A stretch of DNA of 64,000 bases from a virus (IMGVR_UViG_3300021387_000299:1-64000); one strand, 5' to 3'. Positions 1 to 7,921 are shown, numbered from the stretch's first letter. Notes: a model not told the origin generated them from the sequence alone. Made by a program: numbers and translations.

Positions 1-174
1 TGCTCCCGGTTCCGCGTTAGTCCGGGCAGAGCGTTAACATGGATTTCGCACTTAAACTACCACCGGCCTTCGGGATATGTGGCTTAGTGGAAAACGCTAT
101 ATAAGGAAGCAAAGTAAAGTGTTCTCTGGTTTGAGGTTATCCTGCATCCGATTGGAAGAAAACCTCATTAATTT

Positions 175-250
175 GGGTATATCGTATAATGGCTGATTAT
201 ATCCGGTTGTCTCCCGGAAGATCGGGGTTCAATTCCCCGTATACCCGCCA
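175..250 (+). tRNA. tRNA-Asp(GTC)
   Basis: Cloverleaf; anticodon arm tccgg-ttGTCtc-ccgga; encoded CCA. Confidence 0.95.
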
Positions 251-253
251 TAT

Positions 254-340
254 GGGTGAGTGTGACAAATTGGTGAAGTCGCCTGACTGTAAATCAGGTC
301 CCGCGTGGTAAACTTGTAGGTTCGAGTCCTACCTCACCCA
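254..340 (+). tRNA. tRNA-Tyr(GTA)
   Basis: cctga-ctGTAaa-tcagg, long variable arm, T loop ttcgagt. Confidence 0.95.
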
Positions 341-440
341 CTAAAGTCGCGCAATTATAAATGGTATGTGAGGGAGCGCGCGAAATATCCTCCGCATTTA
401 AAGTTATTCTGAAAAATGGATACGCCATTTATTTTCAAAT

Positions 441-516
441 AGCCCTGTGGTGTAATCGGCAACATGTCTGACTCTGACTCAGAAGAGTTTAGGTTCAAAT
501 CCTAACAGGGCTGCCA
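441..516 (+). tRNA. tRNA-Gln(CTG)
   Basis: tctga-ctCTGac-tcaga; CCA. Confidence 0.93.
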
Positions 517-518
517 AT

Positions 519-595
519 AGGGGTATGGCGAAGATGGCTAACGCATGCGACTTTGACTCGTACATTCGCTGGTTCGAATCCAGCTATCCCTGCCA
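519..595 (+). tRNA. tRNA-Gln(TTG)
   Basis: tgcga-ctTTGac-tcgta; CCA. Confidence 0.93.
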
Positions 596-598
596 TAT

Positions 599-674
599 GG
601 GGGATGGGACTGCTTGGGGTGGTCACCTCACTTGCAATGAGGACTCCAGACGGGTTCAAATCCCGTATCCTCCA
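599..674 (+). tRNA. tRNA-Ala(TGC)
   Basis: cctca-ctTGCaa-tgagg; G3:U70 in acceptor gggggat/atcctcc. Confidence 0.9.
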
Positions 675-680
675 CTTTAT

Positions 681-754
681 CTGGGTATAGCTCAGCTTGG
701 TAGAGCACTTGATTTGGGATCAAGGGGTCGTGGGTTCGAATCCCTCTACTCAGA
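681..754 (+). tRNA. tRNA-Pro(TGG)
   Basis: cttga-ttTGGga-tcaag. Confidence 0.95.
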
Positions 755-760
755 CTTTAT

Positions 761-834
761 ACCCCCATAGCCCAGATGGATAGAGCATTTGCCTTCTAAG
801 CAAACGGTTACTGGTTCGAGTCCAGTTGGGGGTG
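761..834 (+). tRNA. tRNA-Arg(TCT)
   Basis: tttgc-ctTCTaa-gcaaa. Confidence 0.93.
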
Positions 835-930
835 CTTAAGGTAGCGTAAAGATGGTAAAAAATAGCATGATCAGCTATAATAACTCCATGTAATATCGTG
901 ATAATAGCGGTAATTCCTTCCGCAATTTCT

Positions 931-1002
931 GCGCTCGTAGCAGAGTGGTAATGCACGCGACTTTTAATCGCGGTATCGTGGGTTCAATTCCCGCCGAGCG
1001 CA
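931..1002 (+). tRNA. tRNA-Lys(TTT)
   Basis: cgcga-ctTTTaa-tcgcg. Confidence 0.95.
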
Positions 1003-1018
1003 CTATTAAGGAGTTTTT

Positions 1019-1258
1019 ATGAGAGATTTATGTGAAGTTATAGATCAAATGCTTGCAGTTATTCCAGAAGATGAATACGATTTAATTGAAGCATTGAAAG
1101 ATCATAAAGAAAGTGCGCAGCTAGCGCCGCAAGAAATGATTTTATCCTATTGGAATGAAGTTGGAGATACACTTTACTCTTATGTATTTTCAGATTTTTA
1201 TCCCGAGGTAGGATGGCAATCTAAGGTAGAAAAAATTTGGACTGGTGATGAAGATTAA
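1019..1258 (+). CDS. hypothetical protein
   Basis: RBS aaggag, 79 aa acidic ORF between tRNAs. Confidence 0.75.
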   Translation: MRDLCEVIDQMLAVIPEDEYDLIEALKDHKESAQLAPQEMILSYWNEVGDTLYSYVFSDFYPEVGWQSKVEKIWTGDED

Positions 1259-1260
1259 TA

Positions 1261-1338
1261 TGTACCGTTAGCTTAAGTGGCTAAAGCTGTCGGCTCATAA
1301 CCGATTGAGTGTGGGTTCGAGTCCTACACGGTACACCA
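1261..1338 (+). tRNA. tRNA-Met/Ile2(CAT)
   Basis: gtcgg-ctCATaa-ccgat; CCA. Confidence 0.92.
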
Positions 1339-1367
1339 TATAATACTAGAAAGGGGGTTAATATAAC

Positions 1368-1700
1368 ATGCATAGATATAGAGACCCCTTTTCTGGTAAA
1401 ATGAAAAGAAATAGTTATCATCGCAAGACAAAAGAAAAACAGAAACTTCAGTATTTATATAATATTGGCGGAGATAAATGGTATCCTTGGCCCGTAGTTT
1501 GGAGTGATTACGAATGGGATGATGTTTATTTTACAAGCTTCCCTACAGAAGATGCATATTTAGAACGTAATTATCGTAGACATTTAAGTCATTGGCTAAA
1601 GAAACAAAGTCACCGCAAGGCAAGACGTTATAAAAATACTGAAAAAATAACCAATAGCACATATAATAAAGTATATGACTATTGGTGGGAGTTAGACTAG
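1368..1700 (+). CDS. hypothetical basic protein
   Basis: RBS aagggg, 110 aa. Confidence 0.7.
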   Translation: MHRYRDPFSGKMKRNSYHRKTKEKQKLQYLYNIGGDKWYPWPVVWSDYEWDDVYFTSFPTEDAYLERNYRRHLSHWLKKQSHRKARRYKNTEKITNSTYNKVYDYWWELD

Positions 1701-1701
1701 T

Positions 1702-1989
1702 ATGTGGAAATTTAATAATTCATCTGACAGATCTTATTTTTATAAGGCTGATGATTTCCCTGAGGTTATAGTAAATCCAAGTGGCAAGTTAAAATCATTG
1801 GCGAATTCTTGTCAGCTTAAAAAGCCGATTGAAATGGTTACCTGTCCATCTTGTGATGGTAGTGGTGGATATTGGACAGAATATGATTTTTATCCTCCTG
1901 GACTACCTGATAGCGGATGGGCGCATGATTACAGACGAATTTATGTGCAGTGTCCCAATTGTGGTGGTTCGGGTAAAGTACCAAAATAA
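1702..1989 (+). CDS. DnaJ-type zinc-finger protein
   Basis: Two CxxCxGxG motifs (CPSCDGSG, CPNCGGSG). Confidence 0.7.
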   Translation: MWKFNNSSDRSYFYKADDFPEVIVNPSGKLKSLANSCQLKKPIEMVTCPSCDGSGGYWTEYDFYPPGLPDSGWAHDYRRIYVQCPNCGGSGKVPK

Positions 1990-1993
1990 TAAA

Positions 1994-2151
1994 TCGCATG
2001 TGGCGGAATAGGTAAACGCAATGATGGTTAAGTTGCATAATATTGTAGAGGACGAAACACAAGGACGAGAAGTCGCCTAGCCCGAGGCGGAGTCATGTGT
2101 AGTATCGGGTAAAGGCGATATTTTGTGAGGTGCAAATCCTCACCATGCGAT
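1994..2151 (+). ncRNA. tRNA-like RNA with anticodon arm replaced by a ~105-nt structured insert
   Basis: Acceptor tcgcatg/catgcga, Leu/Ser-like D arm ggcggaataggtaaacgc, T-like arm gtgagg-tgcaaat-cctcac. Confidence 0.7.
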
Positions 2152-2275
2152 TCATAGGTCGACCGATACGTCATGCGCCTATAGAGCAAAAAGCATGAAA
2201 TAAAGTTAAAGGGTCAAGGACAGAACCTAATTGCAAGGGTAAACGTGTCGGGAGGAAATACTGTCCGCTCAATAT

Positions 2276-2712
2276 GGGGTTGTAATTGGAATTCGATTGG
2301 CATGTGGGGTCAAAATTTGCAGCGAGGTAGTGACTCTAACCACTAATTAAATTTAAACGCAAACTTTGTTAAAAATATTTTCGCAAAGATTAAGAATGTC
2401 TTTGCACCTTCCTATCAAGTAGCTTTAGCTTGCTAGTTAGAGTATAAAATAAAGTAAACGGATTAAACTGCGCCCGGCGCTTAATCCGATCGTATTAACG
2501 GGCTGCCGCAAATAAAAATGGAAAATGCGTAAACAATGGATGCCCATAAAGATAATGTGTTTCGCAAACGCATTGGAGTGTTGTGGCTACTCCATTATCC
2601 ATTTGGTTTCTTAAATACCAATTTGCGTAAGAAAAAATTTAAGTAAGCTGTGGATAAAGAAAATTGCGATAGTAGCATGAGCAAGACCGGGGTTCGACTC
2701 CCCGCAGCTCCA
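2276..2712 (+). ncRNA. ssrA: tmRNA; tag ANFVKNIFAKIKNVFAPSYQVALAC* (2359-2436)
   Basis: 5' GGGGTTGTAATTGGAATTCGA, 3' GACCGGGGTTCGACTCCCCGCAGCTCCA, G3:U70 Ala acceptor, resume codon GCA after TAAAC. Confidence 0.93.
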
Positions 2713-2821
2713 CTATATAGGGACGTTTGGTCTGGTCAAAGCCGTGGTACGTGGCTGTAAATAACGTATGGTGCCAAACATATATCAACTGTTGGTAGAA
2801 GGCTTGGTTGATATAGCATAT

Positions 2822-2896
2822 GGTCACTGAGCTAGTGCGGTCATTTAGCGAAGGACTGAAAATCCTTAGAACCTGGTTCGACTCCAGGAGTGACCA
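2822..2896 (+). tRNA. tRNA-Phe(GAA)
   Basis: aagga-ctGAAaa-tcctt. Confidence 0.93.
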
Positions 2897-3021
2897 CTGC
2901 TTATTAGGAGAATAGGGTAGTTTAAAATCGTTCCGATGTAGAACACTCAACCGCGGAAAGAGAAATGTAAGATTGAGCGCCTTACCCCTATAAATTTAAC
3001 CTAATAATTTAGGAGGTATTT

Positions 3022-3309
3022 ATGCATAGATCTAAAGCAGAACGTCGTCATAACGATTGGATGAAAATTCGCAGAAAAGCTAGAATTATCAAAGAGGTTT
3101 GGGAAGACAAAGAATGGTACAATAGCTTTTGGCAAGATCAAAAGCATCGTTTAAGCAAAAGTAAAATTCATTGTTCTTGTCCTCTCTGCGCAGCAAAAAC
3201 AAGAATTCATGGGCCAACACTTTCTGACTATAAACAGTTTGAAAGATTGCAGTCCTCACTTGATGAAGCTGAATTTAATATGAGAATACTTCCACATAAG
3301 GGGTGGTAA
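3022..3309 (+). CDS. hypothetical protein with HCSCPLC motif
   Basis: RBS aggagg; basic protein, putative Zn ligands. Confidence 0.75.
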   Translation: MHRSKAERRHNDWMKIRRKARIIKEVWEDKEWYNSFWQDQKHRLSKSKIHCSCPLCAAKTRIHGPTLSDYKQFERLQSSLDEAEFNMRILPHKGW

Positions 3310-3329
3310 CGCCACCTCTTTTTTCTTAA

Positions 3330-3358
3330 TTGAAATTTTATAAAAATTATTATATAAT
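3330..3358 (+). promoter_or_regulatory. sigmaA-type promoter
   Basis: TTGAAA-17-TATAAT. Confidence 0.75.
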
Positions 3359-3387
3359 AATTATATAAAGAAAAGGAAAAAGAAAAA

Positions 3388-3582
3388 ATGAATAGTAATG
3401 AATGGCTTGAAACTGGTATGTTGACAGTTATGCAAGCAGTTCGAGATTACATCGAACTTGAATCAAAATCTTATCAGATCGCTTTCTGTGCCGATTTTTT
3501 AAAATGGTTTTCTGATCATTTTGAAGAATATGTCGATAAAGTATATGCTGGTCTTAAAGAAGAGGTAGAAAATGAAATTTAA
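3388..3582 (+). CDS. hypothetical protein
   Basis: RBS aagga after promoter. Confidence 0.7.
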   Translation: MNSNEWLETGMLTVMQAVRDYIELESKSYQIAFCADFLKWFSDHFEEYVDKVYAGLKEEVENEI

Positions 3583-4006
3583 ACAAATGCAATTGATTTT
3601 AGGATCAACTTCTATTGAAGATTTATATTACTCTAAAGACGCTGATAAGGATACCCTTGCTCAAGCTATGTTGACAAATTGGGAAGATCATGGCTCTTTA
3701 GTAGGTAAAGATGAGTCTTGGCAGTTGTTAAGAGAGCTTAATGAAGATTTTATCTTTGCTGATGTTTTAGAGAATTATGATTCTTATAGGGAGCGTGAAT
3801 TTAGAACTCTGATTATTAAAATAGGGGATAGATTTTTTGCCTATCGTTATACAAATAGTTCCTTTGATAGCGATTGTTATGATTGGGAAGAAGTAAAACC
3901 TATTCCATCTGTTTGCTATAGTGTAAAGTATGTACCAATGGATAATCATCAAATTTGTGTTTGTGAAGAAACCGAAGATTATATTAAACTTTATGAGGTA
4001 GAATAA
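3572..4006 (+). CDS. hypothetical protein
   Basis: Overlap-coupled ORF, RBS gaggt. Confidence 0.75.
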   Translation: MKFKQMQLILGSTSIEDLYYSKDADKDTLAQAMLTNWEDHGSLVGKDESWQLLRELNEDFIFADVLENYDSYREREFRTLIIKIGDRFFAYRYTNSSFDSDCYDWEEVKPIPSVCYSVKYVPMDNHQICVCEETEDYIKLYEVE

Positions 4007-4197
4007 TGTTAAAAATTGTAATTGGAATTCCAAAAGATAGCGATATTTATGATATGCACTATGATACTTATTGCGAACTTACTGTTTCAGAAGATGCCAC
4101 GTTAGAAGAAGCAATGTATGCCTGGTTTAAAGCATTGGAAATTGAAGGATATAGTCATGAATTAATCGAGAAAGCAATTGAAAAATTTGAAAAATAA
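4006..4197 (+). CDS. hypothetical protein
   Basis: TAATG coupling, RBS gaggt. Confidence 0.7.
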   Translation: MLKIVIGIPKDSDIYDMHYDTYCELTVSEDATLEEAMYAWFKALEIEGYSHELIEKAIEKFEK

Positions 4198-4245
4198 AAA
4201 AAATATGATATAATAATTATATAAAGAAAGGAAATAAAAATACAT

Positions 4246-4322
4246 GGATCAGTATTCAAGTGGTTTAAGAAGCAGAGCTGCAACCTCTGTATTCGTCGGT
4301 TCGAATCCGACCTGATCCTCCA
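4246..4322 (+). tRNA. tRNA-Cys(GCA)
   Basis: cagag-ctGCAac-ctctg; U73; CCA. Confidence 0.95.
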
Positions 4323-4325
4323 CAT

Positions 4326-4401
4326 GTTGGCCTTAGTTCAGTGGTAGAGCGTCGCGTTGTGGCCGCGAATGTCGTGGGTTCAAATCCCACAGGTCAACCC
4401 A
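4326..4401 (+). tRNA. tRNA-His(GTG)
   Basis: tcgcg-ttGTGgc-cgcga; G-1:C73. Confidence 0.95.
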
Positions 4402-4404
4402 TAT

Positions 4405-4478
4405 GCGGTAGTGATGGAACTGGTATACTTATCTGACTCAAAATCAGAGTTTTGTGGGTTCGAATCCCACCTGCCGCA
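4405..4478 (+). tRNA. tRNA-Leu(CAA), short variable loop
   Basis: tctga-ctCAAaa-tcaga; Leu-type D loop; A73. Confidence 0.88.
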
Positions 4479-4484
4479 CTTTAT

Positions 4485-4560
4485 ATCCCAGTGGTGTTAA
4501 TGGCGAACATGACGGTCTCCAAAACCGTGGATCCGGGTTCGAATCCTGGCTGGGGTGCCA
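4485..4560 (+). tRNA. tRNA-Trp(CCA)
   Basis: acggt-ctCCAaa-accgt; G73; CCA. Confidence 0.95.
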
Positions 4561-4677
4561 TTTCCTTATGCCGACTCTGAAGCATTGCGAAGCGATATGA
4601 TGCTGAATGGTGAAGCTGTTTCCGCAGACAGACTGAGCCGGCTTTCAAGGAAAACTAACCATTATTAAGGAGAAAGT

Positions 4678-4821
4678 ATGACTTGTGATGGATGTCGTTG
4701 GAAAGTAGAAAAAAATGAATGTCCATGGGAATTTATGTATAAAGATACTGATTATGCAGAAGATTGTATAGATTTCCGTTGGATCAAAGATCCAAAAGAT
4801 AGTTTCTCTGAAAACAAATAA
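4678..4821 (+). CDS. small Cys-rich hypothetical protein
   Basis: RBS aaggag; MTCDGCRWK...CPW...C, 47 aa. Confidence 0.6.
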   Translation: MTCDGCRWKVEKNECPWEFMYKDTDYAEDCIDFRWIKDPKDSFSENK

Positions 4822-4894
4822 CGTCTTATAGCTCAGCTGGGAGAGCAATAGTCTTACAAACTATAGGTCGCAGGTTCAAGTCCTGCTGGGACGA
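4822..4894 (+). tRNA. tRNA-Val(TAC)
   Basis: atagt-ctTACaa-actat. Confidence 0.93.
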
Positions 4895-5109
4895 CTAACT
4901 GATCTACTAATGTGGAAACAGTTCCAGGAGACGAGAAATCGTCTCTAGTATTCGCCGTCAAACGTTTGGGTGGAAATCCCTGTAATTCTCTCGCCTCAAA
5001 CTCCACTAAAGCGGGATACCGTAAAAAACTATAAGGCACTATCGTGGATGATGTGCCGCATATGTGAAATGGTTTAAATCGGGCGTTTGGTTTCACATAT
5101 AATTTTTTT

Positions 5110-5185
5110 CTCCTCTTAGCTCAGTTGGATAGAGCACTGGTCTACGAAACCAGGTTTTGCATAGGTTCGAATCCTATAGAGGAGA
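5110..5185 (+). tRNA. tRNA-Arg(ACG)
   Basis: ctggt-ctACGaa-accag. Confidence 0.93.
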
Positions 5186-5213
5186 CTATTTATTATGTAG
5201 AAAGGAGGTTAAA

Positions 5214-5726
5214 ATGCAGATAACCGAGGATACTTTGTTCCGCAACATGTCGCAACAGAATATTACATTCGATATGATTGCTGATAAAATTGTTGAATGG
5301 ATAAACCAACAGCCAGATAGGGATTATGTTCTTGCTATTGGAACAGACTCTCAAACTTGCGCGGAAACTAAAGTAGTATTATCTATTACTTTACATCGGT
5401 TACATAATGGAGGAATTTTCTTTCTACATTCAACTTATCACAAAGCGTACAAACATAACCAGCTGCATCAGAAACTATATGAAGAGACTCAAGCATCTCT
5501 TGATGCCGCAGAGATTTTACTTGAAAAGTTAAAATTACGAGGTTTGGACATACAAGATAAATCTTCTAACGTCCATCTTTCAATTCATATGGATATTGGC
5601 GAGCACGGTCCAACTAGCAAATATATTCAAGAACTAGAGGGATGGGTTCGCGCAACAGGTTATGACTATGAGATTAAACCAAACTCATATGCCGCTTCAA
5701 CTATCGCTGATAAGTATTCAAAATAA
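5214..5726 (+). CDS. RNase H-like YkuK/DUF458 family protein
   Basis: LAIGTDSQ, IHMDIG, IKPNSYAASTIAD motifs; RBS aaggaggt gives start MQITE. Confidence 0.85.
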   Translation: MQITEDTLFRNMSQQNITFDMIADKIVEWINQQPDRDYVLAIGTDSQTCAETKVVLSITLHRLHNGGIFFLHSTYHKAYKHNQLHQKLYEETQASLDAAEILLEKLKLRGLDIQDKSSNVHLSIHMDIGEHGPTSKYIQELEGWVRATGYDYEIKPNSYAASTIADKYSK

Positions 5727-5737
5727 AAGGCAATTGT

Positions 5738-5938
5738 ATGAGAAAAGAAGATTATATTAAGACAATTAAGGTAAATGGCTATACTGTAGATATTGGTTTA
5801 GATGATTATGGTCAATGCTATTACTTTGAATATGTTGACAAAAATGGAAAGCTTCAAGAAGTAGGTTGCGGATCTTATAACTTCAATTATGAACAAGAAA
5901 TTAAAGATTATTTTAATATCCTAGAAAAATATAAATAA
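5738..5938 (+). CDS. hypothetical protein
   Basis: 66 aa ORF. Confidence 0.65.
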   Translation: MRKEDYIKTIKVNGYTVDIGLDDYGQCYYFEYVDKNGKLQEVGCGSYNFNYEQEIKDYFNILEKYK

Positions 5939-5993
5939 TTGATTTTTAAAAAAATTAATGATATAATATTTATATAAAGTGAAGGAGAAAAAG

Positions 5994-6539
5994 ATGGCAA
6001 AACTTGGTTTACTTTCGCCCTGGGCGACATTCTATAATGAGCTTAAAACATTCTTTGAAAAAGATTCTGAAGTTACTGTTGTGTATGATGAGGAAAATAA
6101 CATTGTAAATCTCTATGTTAATAACCCCACAAAGGCAGCTGCTTTAACAGAACTTCTTCCAGTAGAAAAAGACTTTGATGCTGTTAAATTAAAAATTAAT
6201 GTTATTCCCGCAAATGATTGTAATAAGGTAAAGTTTGCAGCTATTAGTGCCTCGTTTGCTGATGAAGCAGTTCCGTTAGTGGAACTCTATTGGAATGCAT
6301 TAACTGAAAATAAGCACGTTGATTATATTACCACTCTTCGTGGAATTTTCAATAACCCCATTACTTATGTAGTATTTAAAAAGTGTGTTGTTCAGTATTA
6401 CAATGACTCTCTTGGAGATATTAATGGAGTATGTTCAACTCTTATGCAGAATATTGCTGAAGATATTTTTGAGAAAAGAGAAGGTATTTACTTCTGCACA
6501 AACACTTCAGAATCATCCGGCAACAGCTTTAAATTCTAA
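5994..6539 (+). CDS. conserved phage hypothetical protein
   Basis: Promoter TTGATT-17-TATAAT at 5939-5967, RBS aaggag, start MAKLG. Confidence 0.8.
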   Translation: MAKLGLLSPWATFYNELKTFFEKDSEVTVVYDEENNIVNLYVNNPTKAAALTELLPVEKDFDAVKLKINVIPANDCNKVKFAAISASFADEAVPLVELYWNALTENKHVDYITTLRGIFNNPITYVVFKKCVVQYYNDSLGDINGVCSTLMQNIAEDIFEKREGIYFCTNTSESSGNSFKF

Positions 6540-6837
6540 TAAATCCCACCACTCGATACTAAGATAAAAATTAGTGGATAACCGGTAAGTCGAGGAACTC
6601 CAGGTAAAGTCACCTGCGCGCGGAGGTTGTGCTCTGCAATTAACTGGTAGGCAAGCATTAAAAGCCGCTTAAGACAATAGTTGCTGCGTACGTGGGACAC
6701 GGACGAGAGACACGTCGGGAGCGTCGGTAACCAATCCGTTGTAAGACTACTCCATAATCTTCGATGCAACCCACAGCAGATGCGCGTGATTGAAACTGCA
6801 CGCCCAGTTGATTAACTCTTAAAACGGAGGTTGAAAT

Positions 6838-7023
6838 ATGGACTATAAAACATTTTTACATAAAATAGTAATGGAAATGCCTCGTGAAGCATATAATGCA
6901 GGTATTTCTGTCGTTGAAGAATGTGATGAACAAACTAAAGACGTACAGTGCTATAAAATTGTTGATGTATCAAATGATGGTGATAAGGATTGGGTCACAA
7001 TCTTCGTTAAAAAGATCAGTTAA
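6838..7023 (+). CDS. hypothetical protein
   Basis: RBS ggaggt. Confidence 0.7.
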   Translation: MDYKTFLHKIVMEMPREAYNAGISVVEECDEQTKDVQCYKIVDVSNDGDKDWVTIFVKKIS

Positions 7024-7075
7024 TTGAAAAATTAAAAAATAAATGATATAATATATATGTAAATAAGGAAAGGCA
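7024..7075 (+). promoter_or_regulatory. sigmaA promoter cassette, copy 1
   Basis: TTGAAA-17-TATAAT + atatatgtaa.taaggaaagg; near-identical to 7234-7285. Confidence 0.8.
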
Positions 7076-7233
7076 ATATATAAACGAGTTGATCGCCGGA
7101 GCGGTGTACCTCGCGCACGAGGTTATAGGAAAGAACTATGATACAACAGTACCCTTGAGGAATTAGCGCCCCTCACAATTCCGGACATAGAGAACGGGGA
7201 TCCGTGGAACGCACCAAAGCCTTATATCCTTAT

Positions 7234-7285
7234 TTGAAAAATTAAAAAAAATATTATATAATATATATGTAAGATAAGGAAAGGA
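7234..7285 (+). promoter_or_regulatory. sigmaA promoter cassette, copy 2
   Basis: TTGAAA-17-TATAAT + RBS. Confidence 0.8.
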
Positions 7286-7383
7286 AATAAAAATTATGGA
7301 TATGGAGTTCTATGAAGATATTTACGATCCTGATTACATGGATATTGAAGCATTGATTGTAGATGCAATGGATTATGAATTAT

Positions 7384-7457
7384 GCGAGCATAGCTCAACA
7401 GGCTAGAGCGCAGTGCTGATAACGCTGAGGTTGGGAGTTCGAGCCTCTCTGTTCGCA
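7384..7457 (+). tRNA. tRNA-Ile(GAT)
   Basis: cagtg-ctGATaa-cgctg. Confidence 0.93.
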
Positions 7458-7461
7458 CTAT

Positions 7462-7537
7462 AAGGCAGAAACAGCAAAAACTGAAAATTATTAATGGACT
7501 AGACTTGTAAACTATAAACCACAATAATTCTGCCTTG
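7462..7537 (+). ncRNA. ACAGCAAA-stem RNA, copy 1
   Basis: aaggcagaa-ACAGCAAA...ttctgcctt-g. Confidence 0.7.
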
Positions 7538-7543
7538 AAATTT

Positions 7544-7620
7544 GGTCTCGTAGCGCAAATGGTTAGAGTATCGCCTTGTCACGGCGAAGGTTGCGGGTTC
7601 GAGTCCCGTCGGGACCGCCA
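7544..7620 (+). tRNA. tRNA-Asp(GTC), second copy
   Basis: tcgcc-ttGTCac-ggcga; CCA. Confidence 0.95.
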
Positions 7621-7632
7621 TAAATATTTAAA

Positions 7633-7733
7633 AAGTCGCTTACAGCAAAAAATATTTAGTAGACAAAAGGTAAGTCATTAATCTGAAAAATTAAGAAATG
7701 TCGGTTCGAATCCGACCTAAATAAAGCGACTTG
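7633..7733 (+). ncRNA. ACAGCAAA-stem RNA, copy 2, enclosing a complete tRNA-Phe(GAA)-like cloverleaf (7653-7724)
   Basis: aagtcgctt-ACAGCAAA...aagcgactt-g; inner tatttag/ctaaata, ttaat-ctGAAaa-attaa, gtcgg-ttcgaat-ccgac. Confidence 0.8.
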
Positions 7734-7738
7734 CTTAT

Positions 7739-7811
7739 GCTGCCATCGAATAAGAGGTTAGTTCACAACCCTTTCAAGGTTGCAATACGGGTTCGAGTCC
7801 CGTTGGCAGTA
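7739..7811 (+). tRNA. tRNA-Glu(TTC)
   Basis: caacc-ctTTCaa-ggttg. Confidence 0.92.
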
Positions 7812-7844
7812 CTTAATTGGATTTACAGCTAGATCCAATTGCCT

Positions 7845-7921
7845 GGCGATATCGAATAATGGTTTAGTTCGCCACCCTCTCAAGGTGGAAATCGCGAGTT
7901 CGAATCTCCGTATCGTCACCA
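7845..7921 (+). tRNA. tRNA-Glu(CTC)
   Basis: ccacc-ctCTCaa-ggtgg; CCA. Confidence 0.9.

Noticed and set aside
346-398. Theta/HDV-like ribozyme after tRNA-Tyr
   Set aside because: tcgcgc/gcgcga plus gagg/cctc gives only an H-type pseudoknot with no room for P3/L3; no convincing HDV-like fold recognised by eye after other tRNAs
525-956. Track ORFs 525..770 and 750..956 (also 2639..2950, 4854..5096, 7294..7524)
   Set aside because: Shadows over tRNA/tmRNA genes
4405-4478. Possible UCA suppressor (ctcaaaa loop), likewise Glu loops ctttcaa/ctctcaa
   Set aside because: With 5-bp stems and 7-nt loops the anticodons are CAA, TTC and CTC
6585-6610. RNase P RNA (gaggaactcc resembles GAGGAAAGUCC)
   Set aside because: No matching 3' CR-V element found
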